A model generated the notes under the pieces. The model saw only the letters and a list, made by a program, of their open reading frames with translations. It ran no database searches and had not been told where the DNA came from. Of a stretch of DNA of 32,000 nucleotides, positions 1 through 10,007 are shown one piece after another (position 1 is the first letter of the stretch; each line of letters starts with the position of its first letter). The stretch is from Gammaproteobacteria bacterium (GTDB taxonomy: Bacteria > Pseudomonadota > Gammaproteobacteria > JBIOEC01): NCBI GenBank assembly GCA_965279305.1, contig OZ257143.1:600001-632000 (forward strand). The letters are read 5' to 3'. The position numbers were made by a program, and so were the translations under genes.

Positions 1-781
1 TAGGAAACGTAATGCGAGCCTGTTTTATTCTTAACATACTTCCTTTGATAGAAAGAATATCGCCTTGATCCCCCATCACTAAACGAGAAAAAGTCATTCC
101 ACGCGACACTATTTTTTCAAGCAAAAAAGTTTCAACTGCATTGGAAAGATAAGGATCATGTATACGTAAATCATGAACAGAAACAGGGATTGCCGCTACA
201 AAGTTTGCCAATTTTTTTTTATCTAACGCGTCCAGGTCGTTAAGTCTGAATAGAAACTGACTCCTCACTATTAATGAAGAGAAAGAAAGACCTAGCTCTT
301 TTGCTAATGTAAGAGCATCGGTTACTATACGAAGATTCTCCATTATCGGGATAAAAAGCTGACCGGGTTTGTACTGACTATATTCAAAATTATTCGTTAA
401 ACCATCTCTAGATTTATCCGATATAGTCACTATAGCGTTTCTAGGGGAAGTGCTATCATAATTAATAGAGGTCATAGGCTTTCCGCTTTTTACCAATGCA
501 TCTAGCATTTTTACGACAAAAACGGGCGTGCAAACAGGTGAAACAATATGAGAAGCTAAAGAAAATGAAATATAAAATTGGCTAGGAAAATACTCTACAG
601 GAATTTCACCTAACACCCTCAGTATTTCTGCTTCATCTTCTTCAGTAAAGGAATTATAAGGACTTAAATTAAGCTCAGCAGAATTTTGTTTGGAACGAGG
701 ATCAGCCCCCTCACCTTTCCAAGGTTCGAGATTAAATCGTAATACTCTCAATGCTTCTTGAAGTTCTGTATTAACGGGCAT
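1..781 (-). CDS. hypothetical protein, 3' end cut by window edge (260 codons visible)
   Basis: Absent from the supplied ORF track because its stop lies left of the window. Hand translation of the minus strand from ATG at 781-779 gives MPVNTELQEALRVLRFNLEPWKGEGADPRSKQNSAELNLSPYNSFTEEDEAEILRVLGEIP... It runs to position 2 without a stop. A 260-codon open frame in AT-rich DNA is unlikely by chance. No family recognised. Confidence 0.6.
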   Translation of the reverse strand, partial: MPVNTELQEALRVLRFNLEPWKGEGADPRSKQNSAELNLSPYNSFTEEDEAEILRVLGEIPVEYFPSQFYISFSLASHIVSPVCTPVFVVKMLDALVKSGKPMTSINYDSTSPRNAIVTISDKSRDGLTNNFEYSQYKPGQLFIPIMENLRIVTDALTLAKELGLSFSSLIVRSQFLFRLNDLDALDKKKLANFVAAIPVSVHDLRIHDPYLSNAVETFLLEKIVSRGMTFSRLVMGDQGDILSIKGSMLRIKQARITFP

Positions 782-913
782 GGGGGCTTTTCTCAAGGGT
801 AAAATAAAGAGATATTATATAGCAACCTAACTCTCATAGCAATTCAGGGCTAGGGTTTTACCCAGGCATTGATCTATGAGGGAACTATCGGGTCTATGGG
901 CTCTAAAAGAGGC

Positions 914-1543
914 TTAAGGGGCTATTTTTACGATGATGACTTTGCGGTTGATAGCTTGATCGGCAAAAGGCAGGCGCTCTATCAACTCGCAACGAAATCC
1001 TGGGGGCAATTCGGCGGCTTCTTTTTCGGCCTCGACACCTTTCAGAGCAATAAACGACCCTTCGGGTTTACATAAGTGCTTGGTGAGGGTTAACATTTTG
1101 GTCAGTTCCGCAAAAGCTCTGGATGTAACAATATCAAATAGCTCGGCTGGCTGGTACTCTTCTACTCTTTTGTTAATCACTTCAATATTGCGTAAACGCA
1201 GCTGTGTTTTGGCTTGAGTGACAAAACGCGTTTTTTTGCCATCACTATCCAGCAGGGCAAAGTGGCTTTCCGGCAGCATAATGGCCAAAGGAATGCCCGG
1301 CAATCCAGCCCCGGTTCCCACATCAATGATTCGCTGGCCTTTCATAAAGGGAAGCACCAACAAGCTGTCGATAATATGTCTATCAATAATATGGTGTGTA
1401 TTATCGTTAGCAATTAAATTGAAAATTTTATTCCAATGTTGTAATAGTTTTACATAATCTACGAGGAGTTGTATTTGGCTTTCTGAAGCAGCCATTTGAT
1501 GCAAGGTTAATTGTTGTTGTAGATAATCTTGAATGGGATCCAT
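914..1543 (-). CDS. rsmG: 16S rRNA (guanine527-N7)-methyltransferase RsmG (GidB)
   Basis: 209-aa ORF with the SAM-binding glycine-rich motif IIDVGTGAGLPGIPLAI and overall GidB layout. It lies 9 bp downstream of mnmG, as in the conserved gidA-gidB pair. Confidence 0.94.
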   Translation of the reverse strand: MDPIQDYLQQQLTLHQMAASESQIQLLVDYVKLLQHWNKIFNLIANDNTHHIIDRHIIDSLLVLPFMKGQRIIDVGTGAGLPGIPLAIMLPESHFALLDSDGKKTRFVTQAKTQLRLRNIEVINKRVEEYQPAELFDIVTSRAFAELTKMLTLTKHLCKPEGSFIALKGVEAEKEAAELPPGFRCELIERLPFADQAINRKVIIVKIAP

Positions 1544-1552
1544 TACTCTTCC

Positions 1553-3448
1553 TTAAGCTTCTAGTTTTGCGCGCGCTAAATTTCCGTGGCGTTTTAAATG
1601 CACTAATAATAAAGAAATAGCAGCCGGTGTAACACCCGGAATTCGAGTGGCTTGACCTAAAGTAGTAGGCCTTACATTTTGTAATTTTTCGCGCACTTCG
1701 TTTGATAAACTTGCTACCGCATAATAATCTAAATCGTCCGGAATAATTGATTGTTCATGGCGCAATACGCGCGCAATTTCATCGGTTTGTCTATCAATGT
1801 AGCCTGCATACTTGGCTTGAATTTCTACTTGCTCTGATTCTTCTTCAGATAGTTTTTGTTCTGGTTGTAATTCATTAATTTGCATGAGCATTTGATAATC
1901 GATTTGAGGGCGACACAGCAAATCTAATAATGAATATTCATGCGCTAATGGTTGTGCTATTAACGCTTCTACTTTTTCGCCTGTTACTGTTTTAGGTTGT
2001 ACCCATGTGGTTTTTAAACGCGCTTTTTCTTTTTCTACGTTTTCGCGTTTTTTAGAAAAATGTTCCCATTGTAAATCGCTAACCAATCCTAATTGTCGCC
2101 CTATTTCGGTTAAGCGCAAATCAGCATTATCTTCGCGCAACAATAAACGATATTCCGCACGACTGGTAAACATGCGATAAGGCTCTGGCGCACCTTGCGT
2201 TAATAAATCATCGACTAATACGCCTATATACGCTTGATCACGTGAAGGATACCATTCGTTTTTTTCTTGTATTTGTAATGCGGCATTAATACCCGCTAAT
2301 AAACCTTGTGCAGCCGCTTCTTCATAACCGGTTGTACCGTTGATTTGTCCGGCAAAAAACAAGCCTTTAATATATTTGGTTTCTAATGTAGGTTTCAAAT
2401 CACGTGGATCAAAAAAGTCATATTCAATCGCATAACCAGGGCGTGTGATATGCACGTTTTCAAAACCTTTTATGCTGCGAATAAATTGCTCTTGCACATC
2501 AAACGGCAAGCTGGTTGAAATACCATTGGGATAAACTTCGTGTGTGGTTAACCCTTCTGGCTCTACAAATATTTGGTGCGCATCACGTTCGCTAAAGCGA
2601 TGAATTTTATCTTCGATAGAAGGACAGTAACGCGGACCACGACCTTCAATTTCGCCACTATACATGGGCGAGCGTGATAAGTTTTGCGCAATAATTTCAT
2701 GTGTGCGTGCATTGGTATAAGTAATATGACAAGGCACTTGTTGTGGATGATGCTCACGTTTTCCTAAAAAAGAAAATACGGGAGTTGGATCATCACCCGG
2801 CTGTACAGCGAGTTGAGAGTAATCAATAGTTCTTCCATCTAAGCGCGCGGGAGTTCCGGTTTTTAAACGCCCTACTCGTAAAGGTAATTCGCGTAAACGT
2901 TCAGCTAGTGCTAATGCAGGTGGATCGCCTGCGCGACCACCACGATAATTTTCTAATCCAATATGAATTTTGCCGCCTAAAAAAGTACCGGCCGTTAAAA
3001 TTACTTTGGGGGCAATATATTTTAAGCCCATTTGGGTGACTACGCCTTTTACGGTTTCACCTTCAATAATGAGATCGTCTACGGCTTGTTGGAATATAAA
3101 TAAATTCGGTTGGTTTTCTACGGCTGAGCGAATGGCTTGTTTGTAAAGTACGCGATCCGCTTGGGCTCTTGTTGCTCTCACTGCAGGGCCTTTGCGTGCA
3201 TTCAAAATACGAAATTGAATGCCAGCTCTGTCAGCCCCTCTAGCCATGATGCCGCCTAGGGCATCAATTTCTTTAACTAAATGACCTTTGCCAATACCGC
3301 CAATAGCGGGGTTGCAAGACATTTGGCCTATGGTTTCAACATTATGAGTGAGCAATAAAGTGCGCACGCCCATACGAGCCGCTGCTAATGCGGCTTCTGT
3401 ACCGGCGTGTCCGCCGCCTACAACGATGACATCAAATTGCTGGCTCAT
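1553..3448 (-). CDS. mnmG: tRNA uridine 5-carboxymethylaminomethyl modification enzyme MnmG (GidA)
   Basis: 631 aa. It has the N-terminal FAD fold [22 protein letters not shown] and conserved MnmG blocks [23 protein letters not shown] and [11 protein letters not shown]. Confidence 0.97.
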   Translation of the reverse strand: MSQQFDVIVVGGGHAGTEAALAAARMGVRTLLLTHNVETIGQMSCNPAIGGIGKGHLVKEIDALGGIMARGADRAGIQFRILNARKGPAVRATRAQADRVLYKQAIRSAVENQPNLFIFQQAVDDLIIEGETVKGVVTQMGLKYIAPKVILTAGTFLGGKIHIGLENYRGGRAGDPPALALAERLRELPLRVGRLKTGTPARLDGRTIDYSQLAVQPGDDPTPVFSFLGKREHHPQQVPCHITYTNARTHEIIAQNLSRSPMYSGEIEGRGPRYCPSIEDKIHRFSERDAHQIFVEPEGLTTHEVYPNGISTSLPFDVQEQFIRSIKGFENVHITRPGYAIEYDFFDPRDLKPTLETKYIKGLFFAGQINGTTGYEEAAAQGLLAGINAALQIQEKNEWYPSRDQAYIGVLVDDLLTQGAPEPYRMFTSRAEYRLLLREDNADLRLTEIGRQLGLVSDLQWEHFSKKRENVEKEKARLKTTWVQPKTVTGEKVEALIAQPLAHEYSLLDLLCRPQIDYQMLMQINELQPEQKLSEEESEQVEIQAKYAGYIDRQTDEIARVLRHEQSIIPDDLDYYAVASLSNEVREKLQNVRPTTLGQATRIPGVTPAAISLLLVHLKRHGNLARAKLEA

Positions 3449-3508
3449 ATATATAGGGTAAAAATCATTACTGGGGGTGTGATTTTACCATACTCTATAG
3501 TCAACGAG

Positions 3509-4528
3509 CTAATTTCCCAAGCTAGGACTAGAGGATGCTGACGGTGGTGTAGGAGAGCAAGGAATTTGCTCGCTATTTTCGCCTAAAGTATAAAGAGCAC
3601 CTGGACCGTAATCCTTTAGTTCTTTAGTACAATCGAAATGCGACATTCTTACATATACCTTGGGTTCTGGAGCTACAGCCTCTTTAGTTGTTTGTGTTTG
3701 GCTGTATACTCTTAATACCTTAAATACCGGACCATATTTTCCATCGAGCCCTCGGGTCATGGCTAAGAAGTTGGCAGCCCCTATTTTTTCAATATGTGCT
3801 TCTAGGCCAGCCGCAATGGAAGGCATGCTTGGATGTTCAAGAGGAAGCTTATGCGTCCAACGAACTAATCGTTCAAAGTTTCTTTTTTCTTCTTCAGACA
3901 CTGGTTGAAAGCCTGCTTTGGTGGAATAACAATGTCCACGACTATGTACCCCAAACATTCCAGAATTACTTAACTGTGATAGCCTAGTTGGCTTGGCTTC
4001 GTACACAATGATAGCCGCTTGTAAATCTTCGAGTAATTCTTTGTAGTCTGTTTCATCTTTTGGAATACCATAAAGATCTTTATCCTTTTTTTGCAATACT
4101 ATTAACGCTTTTTTTAAATCATTTAAAATTCCTGGCGTATAGCCGTTTACTTCTAAAAAGGCATATAAAATTTCTTGTCTTTCATGATATCTTTTTTTAG
4201 CTGCTTCTAAAACAGGATCTACCGACACAAAAGGGACTGGTCTTTTTCTTAATGCGGTTAAAAGAGGCGCAAGTACTTTGTGATCACCTGCTGCAGATTG
4301 TATCTGAGCTGGAGTTGCATCAGGGTAATGCTGCTGGATTTGTTGTACGGCCTGTTGAAATTTAGGATCATAAGGTGGGCGAGAGGCCGCTTTCTGCACT
4401 AACGATTTAAATTCAGGAGGTGCGGTGCGCTCGCGATCAACATCAGCGGTACTGCTTAAAAAAGATCTAGCGACTAAAACGGTTTCTCGTGTAAGCACTC
4501 TTCTTGCAAATCTTGAAGCGGTTAACAT
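3509..4528 (-). CDS. hypothetical protein (orphan; candidate secreted effector)
   Basis: 339-aa ORF with an ATG start preceded by a TAAGGAT Shine-Dalgarno 7 nt upstream. It has its own AT-rich upstream region (4529-4626). No domain recognised. The N-terminus is Arg-rich (MLTASRFARRVLTRETVLVARSFLSS) and the C-terminal tail is Ser/Pro-rich (PCSPTPPSASSSPSLGN). Confidence 0.75.
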   Translation of the reverse strand: MLTASRFARRVLTRETVLVARSFLSSTADVDRERTAPPEFKSLVQKAASRPPYDPKFQQAVQQIQQHYPDATPAQIQSAAGDHKVLAPLLTALRKRPVPFVSVDPVLEAAKKRYHERQEILYAFLEVNGYTPGILNDLKKALIVLQKKDKDLYGIPKDETDYKELLEDLQAAIIVYEAKPTRLSQLSNSGMFGVHSRGHCYSTKAGFQPVSEEEKRNFERLVRWTHKLPLEHPSMPSIAAGLEAHIEKIGAANFLAMTRGLDGKYGPVFKVLRVYSQTQTTKEAVAPEPKVYVRMSHFDCTKELKDYGPGALYTLGENSEQIPCSPTPPSASSSPSLGN

Positions 4529-4626
4529 AAATAAATCCTTATCATTGTTATTATTAAAAACAATCTATCTTATTTACGGAAAGAAAAAAAGAGGGGAATA
4601 AAAAAAGAAAAACTGACCAACTGATA

Positions 4627-5676
4627 CTATTCAACAACTAAAGCGACTTCTTCTTCGCTAATAGTGGCGTCATTATTTACTTCGCGTACTAATTCCATTT
4701 CAGTTCCGCCGGTTTTAGCAATATGTAAAATAGCATCACCTTCATTTACTAAAGGTAATTTATTAACGCCAATAACAATACCTTTGCAAGGTGAAAGTAA
4801 TGGAAACTCTACGCCGCTAATCGGATCAGCAATAATCGCCAGCAACTGATCTTTTTCTACTTCAGTTCCTAATCGTACTGGCGATACGCAAAGCCCAGCA
4901 TGATTGGCACGGATCCAAATAGCAGAATGTGCGATAAATGGTTTTATAAAATCTTTTGATTTTTTAGTAGCAGCAGGTAACATTTTTAATGAACGCATCA
5001 CATTCACAACACCTTTTACGCCCATACGAATAGCCACTTCATTCATGCGAAGCGCTTCTCCTGCTTCGTATAAAAGCATGGCAATACCTTGCTCTACAGC
5101 TTGGCAACGTAACGATCCATGAATAAGACCACCATCAATAATCACGGGGGCACCAAACGCTTTTGACATGGCTAACGTTACCGGATCTTTTAAGTTCGCT
5201 CGTATTTGCGGTAAATTACGACGATGTATTGCACCAGTATGTATATCAATTCCATGCGTGCAATGATTCACTATTTCTTCAATAATTAATTGCGCCATTC
5301 TTCCTGCCATGGATCCTTGTTTTGTTCCGGGGAAGCTTCTATTTAAATCGCGTCTATCGGGTAAATAACGTGAGCGATAAATAAATCCAAAAATATTAAC
5401 AATAGGAACAGCAATTAAAGTGCCTTTTAAATTTTCTAAATCAGTCACTTTTAATAAGCGCCGAATAATTTCCACACCATTTAATTCATCACCATGAACC
5501 GCTGATGTAATAAACATACGAGGTCCTGGTTTTTTTCCGTTAATCACATGAACCGCAATATTCATGGGTGTGCGTGTATACAAAGGAGAAATAGGAATAT
5601 CAATTAGCGTGCGTTGTCCAGGATGAACAGTCACACCACCAATGGTAATGGAATGATCGGTAATTTCTTTTTTCAT
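4627..5676 (-). CDS. succinylglutamate desuccinylase/aspartoacylase (AstE/AspA, M14-like) family deacylase
   Basis: 349 aa. It carries the zinc-ligand motif region SAVHGDELNGVEI and a later GIDIHTG block typical of the AstE/AspA family. Its ATG overlaps the rimK stop as ATGA (5673-5676). Confidence 0.82.
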   Translation of the reverse strand: MKKEITDHSITIGGVTVHPGQRTLIDIPISPLYTRTPMNIAVHVINGKKPGPRMFITSAVHGDELNGVEIIRRLLKVTDLENLKGTLIAVPIVNIFGFIYRSRYLPDRRDLNRSFPGTKQGSMAGRMAQLIIEEIVNHCTHGIDIHTGAIHRRNLPQIRANLKDPVTLAMSKAFGAPVIIDGGLIHGSLRCQAVEQGIAMLLYEAGEALRMNEVAIRMGVKGVVNVMRSLKMLPAATKKSKDFIKPFIAHSAIWIRANHAGLCVSPVRLGTEVEKDQLLAIIADPISGVEFPLLSPCKGIVIGVNKLPLVNEGDAILHIAKTGGTEMELVREVNNDATISEEEVALVVE

Positions 5677-6584
5677 GCGTAGTTTTTTTCTACCTGTTGC
5701 TGGTGAAGATGTTTTTTGATTTTCTTTTCAATAAACTCTATCATTTTTCCTGCAATATCTTTTCCACTGGCATTTTCAATACCACGTAAACCGGGTGAAG
5801 AGTTTACTTCTAATACCATAGATTGTTTGGGTGTTCTTAAAATATCCACGCCTGCCACTTGCAAGCCCATTACTTCAGCGGCTTTAATGGCCATATCATT
5901 TTCTTCACGCGTAATATCCACTTCTACCGCTTTTCCACCGCGATGTAAATTGGCTCTAAATTCATCACCTTGCGCTTGGCGCTTCATAGCGGCTACTACT
6001 TGGCCATCAATCACTAAGCAACGAATATCAAAACCTTTTGCTTCTTCAATGTATTGCTGCACTAAAAAAGGTGCACGTAAACGATGAAATGAATCCACAA
6101 TACTTGAAGTAGCATTCGGTGTTTCAGCCAAAATAACGCCTTTACCCTGAGAACCTTCTAAGAGCTTTATAATAATAGGAAACTTACCAATTTTTTTAAT
6201 CACACCCTGAATATCTTCAGGTGTGTGCGCAAAGCCAGTTTTAGGAACAGGCACATGCTGGGCAAGCAATTGTAATGAATGTAATTTGTCTCTAGAGCGC
6301 ACAATAGATTGAGAATCGTTAACGGCAAAAATACCCATATTCTGAAGCTGACGAACCAGCGTGGTTCCGTAAAAAGTGACGGAAGCTCCAATGCGAGGAA
6401 TAACGGCATCTAGCTTAGGCAATGGTGCGCCCTCGGTATAAACCGATAATTCACCCGTATTAATATGTAAAAAGGTACGCGTGGTATTAAATACAAAAAT
6501 GCGATGGCCACGATCTTCACCAGCAGCCACTAAGCGACGGGTGGAATAACACGTAGGCTCGCAAGATAAAATACCGATTTGCAT
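5673..6584 (-). CDS. rimK: ATP-grasp alpha-L-glutamate ligase RimK
   Basis: ATP-grasp blocks KLLEGSQGKGV, RANLHRGG and LEVNSSPGL. I place the start at ATG 6584 (MQIGILS...), the usual RimK N-terminus. The track ORF extends 16 codons further to a GTG at 6632. Confidence 0.88.
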   Translation of the reverse strand: MQIGILSCEPTCYSTRRLVAAGEDRGHRIFVFNTTRTFLHINTGELSVYTEGAPLPKLDAVIPRIGASVTFYGTTLVRQLQNMGIFAVNDSQSIVRSRDKLHSLQLLAQHVPVPKTGFAHTPEDIQGVIKKIGKFPIIIKLLEGSQGKGVILAETPNATSSIVDSFHRLRAPFLVQQYIEEAKGFDIRCLVIDGQVVAAMKRQAQGDEFRANLHRGGKAVEVDITREENDMAIKAAEVMGLQVAGVDILRTPKQSMVLEVNSSPGLRGIENASGKDIAGKMIEFIEKKIKKHLHQQQVEKNYA

Positions 6585-6648
6585 AAGGACTCTCTTAAAT
6601 AACTTGATGAGCGATATTACTATAAAAAACACGTTCTGGCGAGATAGG

Positions 6649-8010
6649 CTATTTACCTATACAGAAAGAGGAAAATATTTCACCCAACAAATCATCGGCG
6701 CTGAGTTTGCCGGTAATTTCACCTAACGCATCATGAGCGACTCTCAATTCTTGCGCTAATAATTCAGCGGCTTTATTTTCTTGCCATTGTGCTAGGCCTT
6801 TTTCTAAAGACTGCCCCGACCGTTTGAGCGCATCAACATGTCTTCTTCTGGCACTAAAAGTACTTTCAGTGGTGCCGGCATATCCCATACAACTTTTTAA
6901 ATGTTCTTTTAATGCAGGAATACCTTCGCCTGTTTTAGCTGAAATATCAATAACAGGGCAAGCCGTAATATCATTAGGCAGAGAAGGATTAAGATCCGTT
7001 TTATTTCTGATAATGGTTATTTTGCTTAATTCTGGGCATTGTCCAATTTTATGTGGCCACAATTTTTCAGGATCGTTACTTTTTATTTTAGTGGCATCAA
7101 CCACCAACAAAACGCGATCGGCTTTTGAAATTTGTTCTAGCGCTCTTCGTATACCTTCTTTTTCTACTTTATCACTATGCGCGTGAAGGCCTGCGGTATC
7201 AATAATATGTAAAGGTAATCCATCAATATGAATATGCTCTTTTAAAATATCCCGAGTGGTTCCTGCAACATCGGTTACAATCGCGGCTTCTTTTTCAGCT
7301 AAACAATTTAGTAAGCTTGATTTTCCTGCATTAGGCAATCCGGCAATAACCACTGTCATTCCGGCTTGTAACATAACGCCTTGCTCTGCCGCTTTTTCCA
7401 CCTGTTTTACTTGATCAATAATAGAGTTTAAATCAGTAGCTATATTACTTTCTGCAAGAAAATCAATTTCTTCTTCAGGAAAATCTAGCGCCGCTTCTAC
7501 AAATTTTCGCAGCTCTAAAATGGAAGTGGATAGCTCGGTGATTTTTTTTGAAAATCCCCCTTGTAAAGATTGCATAGCTGCATGAGCAGCTTGAGTAGAA
7601 CTAGCAGAAATTAAATCGGCAATCGCTTCGGCTTGCGCTAAATCTATTTTATTATTTAAAAACGCACGTTCTAAAAACTCACCGGGTTTTGCCATGATAG
7701 CGCCGTAAGACACAATCACCTCAATTAATTCATCAATGGTTATTTGTCCGCCGTGCGCTTGTAATTCTAAAACATCGTCACCGGTAAATGAATGAGGCGC
7801 TTTAAAAAACAAAGCAATTCCTTGATCAAGAACGGTATCGAATGAATTATAAAAGGGAGTGTAATGCGCGAATCGAACCTGAGGTTTTATTTTTAAAATC
7901 TTTTGTGCGATAGCTTCAGTTAAAGGACCTGATACTCGAACGATACCCACACCACCTCTTCCAGGTGGTGTGGCTTGAGCGACTATCGTTGAAGATTTAA
8001 TAGCAGACAT
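6649..8010 (-). CDS. mnmE: tRNA modification GTPase MnmE (TrmE)
   Basis: 453 aa. G-domain motifs are GLPNAGKSSLLN (G1), DTAG (G3) and NKTD (G4), and the protein ends with the family-typical C-terminal CIGK. Confidence 0.96.
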   Translation of the reverse strand: MSAIKSSTIVAQATPPGRGGVGIVRVSGPLTEAIAQKILKIKPQVRFAHYTPFYNSFDTVLDQGIALFFKAPHSFTGDDVLELQAHGGQITIDELIEVIVSYGAIMAKPGEFLERAFLNNKIDLAQAEAIADLISASSTQAAHAAMQSLQGGFSKKITELSTSILELRKFVEAALDFPEEEIDFLAESNIATDLNSIIDQVKQVEKAAEQGVMLQAGMTVVIAGLPNAGKSSLLNCLAEKEAAIVTDVAGTTRDILKEHIHIDGLPLHIIDTAGLHAHSDKVEKEGIRRALEQISKADRVLLVVDATKIKSNDPEKLWPHKIGQCPELSKITIIRNKTDLNPSLPNDITACPVIDISAKTGEGIPALKEHLKSCMGYAGTTESTFSARRRHVDALKRSGQSLEKGLAQWQENKAAELLAQELRVAHDALGEITGKLSADDLLGEIFSSFCIGK

Positions 8011-8016
8011 TTTTGG

Positions 8017-9729
8017 CTATTCTCTTGCTGCGGCATCACGTTCAATTTTTCTAGTGATAGACCATTGTTGTGCAATAGATAGAACGTTATTTACCAACCA
8101 ATATAATACTAAACCAGCAGGGAAATTTAAGAATACAATGGTAAATACTACCGGCATAAACATCATTACTTTTGCTTGTAAAGGATCGGGTGGTTGTGGG
8201 CTTAAACGTTGCTGAATAAACATCGTAGCGCCCATTAATAACGGTAAAATATAGTAAGGATCTTTAGCCGATAAATCCTGGATCCAGAACATAAACGGCG
8301 CTAATCTAAATTCTACGCTTTCTATTAGTACCCAATATAATGCGATAAACACAGGGATCTGCACTAATATAGGTAAACATCCACCTAGAGGATTAATTTT
8401 TTCTTTCTTATAAAGAGCCATTAACTCTTGGCTCATTTTTTGTCTGTCATCACCATAGCGTTCTTTTAATGCTGTAAACTTAGGTTGCAATCTACGCATA
8501 TTCGCCATTGAGCGATAACTGGTGGCTGATAGTTTATAAAATACTAATTTGATAAGAACGGTAACAAGAATAATTGCCCAGCCCCAGTTTCCAATCACTT
8601 CATAGATTTGTTTCATTAACCAAAATAACGCTTGTGATACAGGCCATAACCAACCGTAATCCACGGTTAATTCTAATTTAGGCGCAACACCACTTAACAC
8701 TTGAGTGATTTTAGGTCCTGCATAAAAACGTGCACTCACTTCACCTTTTTGCCCAGCATTAATTTCAAAAGGTTGTCCTACGGCACGTAAGAAATAGGTG
8801 TCACCTTTATATAATCCACCTGAATATAAATAAGAGGTAGAAGGATCAGGGATCCATGCGCTAACAAAATAATGTTGCACCATTGCAAACCATCCTTCAG
8901 TGATGGTACGACCAGGGCTTAAACCTACGTCTTCATTTAATTCATCTAAAGGAATTTTTTCATAGCGTTTATCAGGGCTAGAAATAGCAGCGCCGAAATA
9001 GCTAGGGAATGCAAAAATATTGGTTTCACCAGGAAGATGATCGTTTCGTTTAAATTGTAAAAATAAACTACCTAACCATTTTTCACGCATGTTATTATTG
9101 ATTTGATAATCTAAATCAACAACATATTCGCCACGATGAAAAGTGAATTGTTTTTTTACCGCAAGCCCTTGGCTGTTTTTCCAGGTTAAAACAACGTTTA
9201 AAACATCTTCACCGTCTTTTAAAACATATTCTTTTTGCGCAGTAGAATATTGTGCAATTTTTTGTTCGCGAACATTAGGAATACCAGGAATATCGGGGCC
9301 TTTATCAGCAACCAAACCACTTTCTGCTATATACAAATAATCAGGGGCATTATCAAGTAATACTAACGGGTCATGGTTTTCTAAACTTTTGGGATAATCT
9401 AATAAAGATAAATGTACAATGTTTCCACCCAATGTATCGATAGAAGTCATCATCACGTCTGTTTTAACAGTTACCCAACGTTCTTTATATTGTCCTTGAG
9501 TTTCTTCTTGAGCTTGTGCCACTTCATCTATCATAGGTAAATCAGGTGCAGCGGGTAGACCGTTGCTTGCAGGTGATGTTCCAGCTTCATATCGTGTGCT
9601 TTCTGCAGATTGTAGAGATTGACGTTCAGCCAATTGTTCTTGGGCCGTTTTTTCCTGCCATGATTGCCATAATAAGAAGCCAACAAAAACTAAGCCAGCA
9701 ATAATAAGTGTGCGTATTGTTTCCATCAT
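8017..9729 (-). CDS. yidC: membrane protein insertase YidC
   Basis: 570 aa with an N-terminal TM helix, a large periplasmic domain and a C-terminal multi-TM insertase core (GCLPILVQIPVFIALY...). It sits in the conserved position between yidD and mnmE. Confidence 0.96.
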   Translation of the reverse strand: MMETIRTLIIAGLVFVGFLLWQSWQEKTAQEQLAERQSLQSAESTRYEAGTSPASNGLPAAPDLPMIDEVAQAQEETQGQYKERWVTVKTDVMMTSIDTLGGNIVHLSLLDYPKSLENHDPLVLLDNAPDYLYIAESGLVADKGPDIPGIPNVREQKIAQYSTAQKEYVLKDGEDVLNVVLTWKNSQGLAVKKQFTFHRGEYVVDLDYQINNNMREKWLGSLFLQFKRNDHLPGETNIFAFPSYFGAAISSPDKRYEKIPLDELNEDVGLSPGRTITEGWFAMVQHYFVSAWIPDPSTSYLYSGGLYKGDTYFLRAVGQPFEINAGQKGEVSARFYAGPKITQVLSGVAPKLELTVDYGWLWPVSQALFWLMKQIYEVIGNWGWAIILVTVLIKLVFYKLSATSYRSMANMRRLQPKFTALKERYGDDRQKMSQELMALYKKEKINPLGGCLPILVQIPVFIALYWVLIESVEFRLAPFMFWIQDLSAKDPYYILPLLMGATMFIQQRLSPQPPDPLQAKVMMFMPVVFTIVFLNFPAGLVLYWLVNNVLSIAQQWSITRKIERDAAARE

Positions 9730-9755
9730 ATTAATATTTCCTAATTATTCTTAAA

Positions 9756-10007
9756 TTATTTGAGTGGATCATATCCACCATTACACCAAGGGTGACAACG
9801 GCAAAGCCTCATAAAGGCCTTGGCTGTTCCCTTCCAGCAACCATATTCTGTTATTGCTTCAATGGCGTATTGAGAGCAAGTAGGGGTAAATCGGCAATGC
9901 TGCCCTACCCAAGGGCTTAAGAAAAATCGATAGCCTTTGATAATCCCGATTAAGCAACGTCGGCCAAACGAGACCAAAGTTCGCTCAATAGGGGTGGTAT
10001 GGACCAT
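9756..10007 (-). CDS. yidD: membrane protein insertion efficiency factor YidD
   Basis: 83 aa with the YidD signature CRFTPTCSQYAIEAI...G...RLCRCHPW. It overlaps the 3' end of rnpA by 58 bp. Confidence 0.88.
   Translation of the reverse strand: MVHTTPIERTLVSFGRRCLIGIIKGYRFFLSPWVGQHCRFTPTCSQYAIEAITEYGCWKGTAKAFMRLCRCHPWCNGGYDPLK

Noticed and set aside
3449-3508. Origin of replication next to mnmG (E. coli-like gidA-adjacent oriC)
   Set aside because: Only 60 bp are available, with no DnaA-box cluster or AT-rich tract.
3509-4528. Twin-arginine (Tat) signal peptide at the N-terminus of the 339-aa orphan (ARRVLT)
   Set aside because: The RR pair is not followed by an uncharged hydrophobic h-region, because R, E and R interrupt it. 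There is also no AxA cleavage site, so a Tat or Sec signal is unlikely.
5673-6632. N-terminal extensions of track ORFs for rimK (to 6632), potI (to 17828), gmhB (to 26729) and the MFS transporter (from 27557)
   Set aside because: The extensions use alternative or upstream starts and run into the upstream gene or lack a ribosome-binding site. They also add residues not seen at the conserved family N-termini. The internal starts give classic ATGA coupling or a good Shine-Dalgarno.
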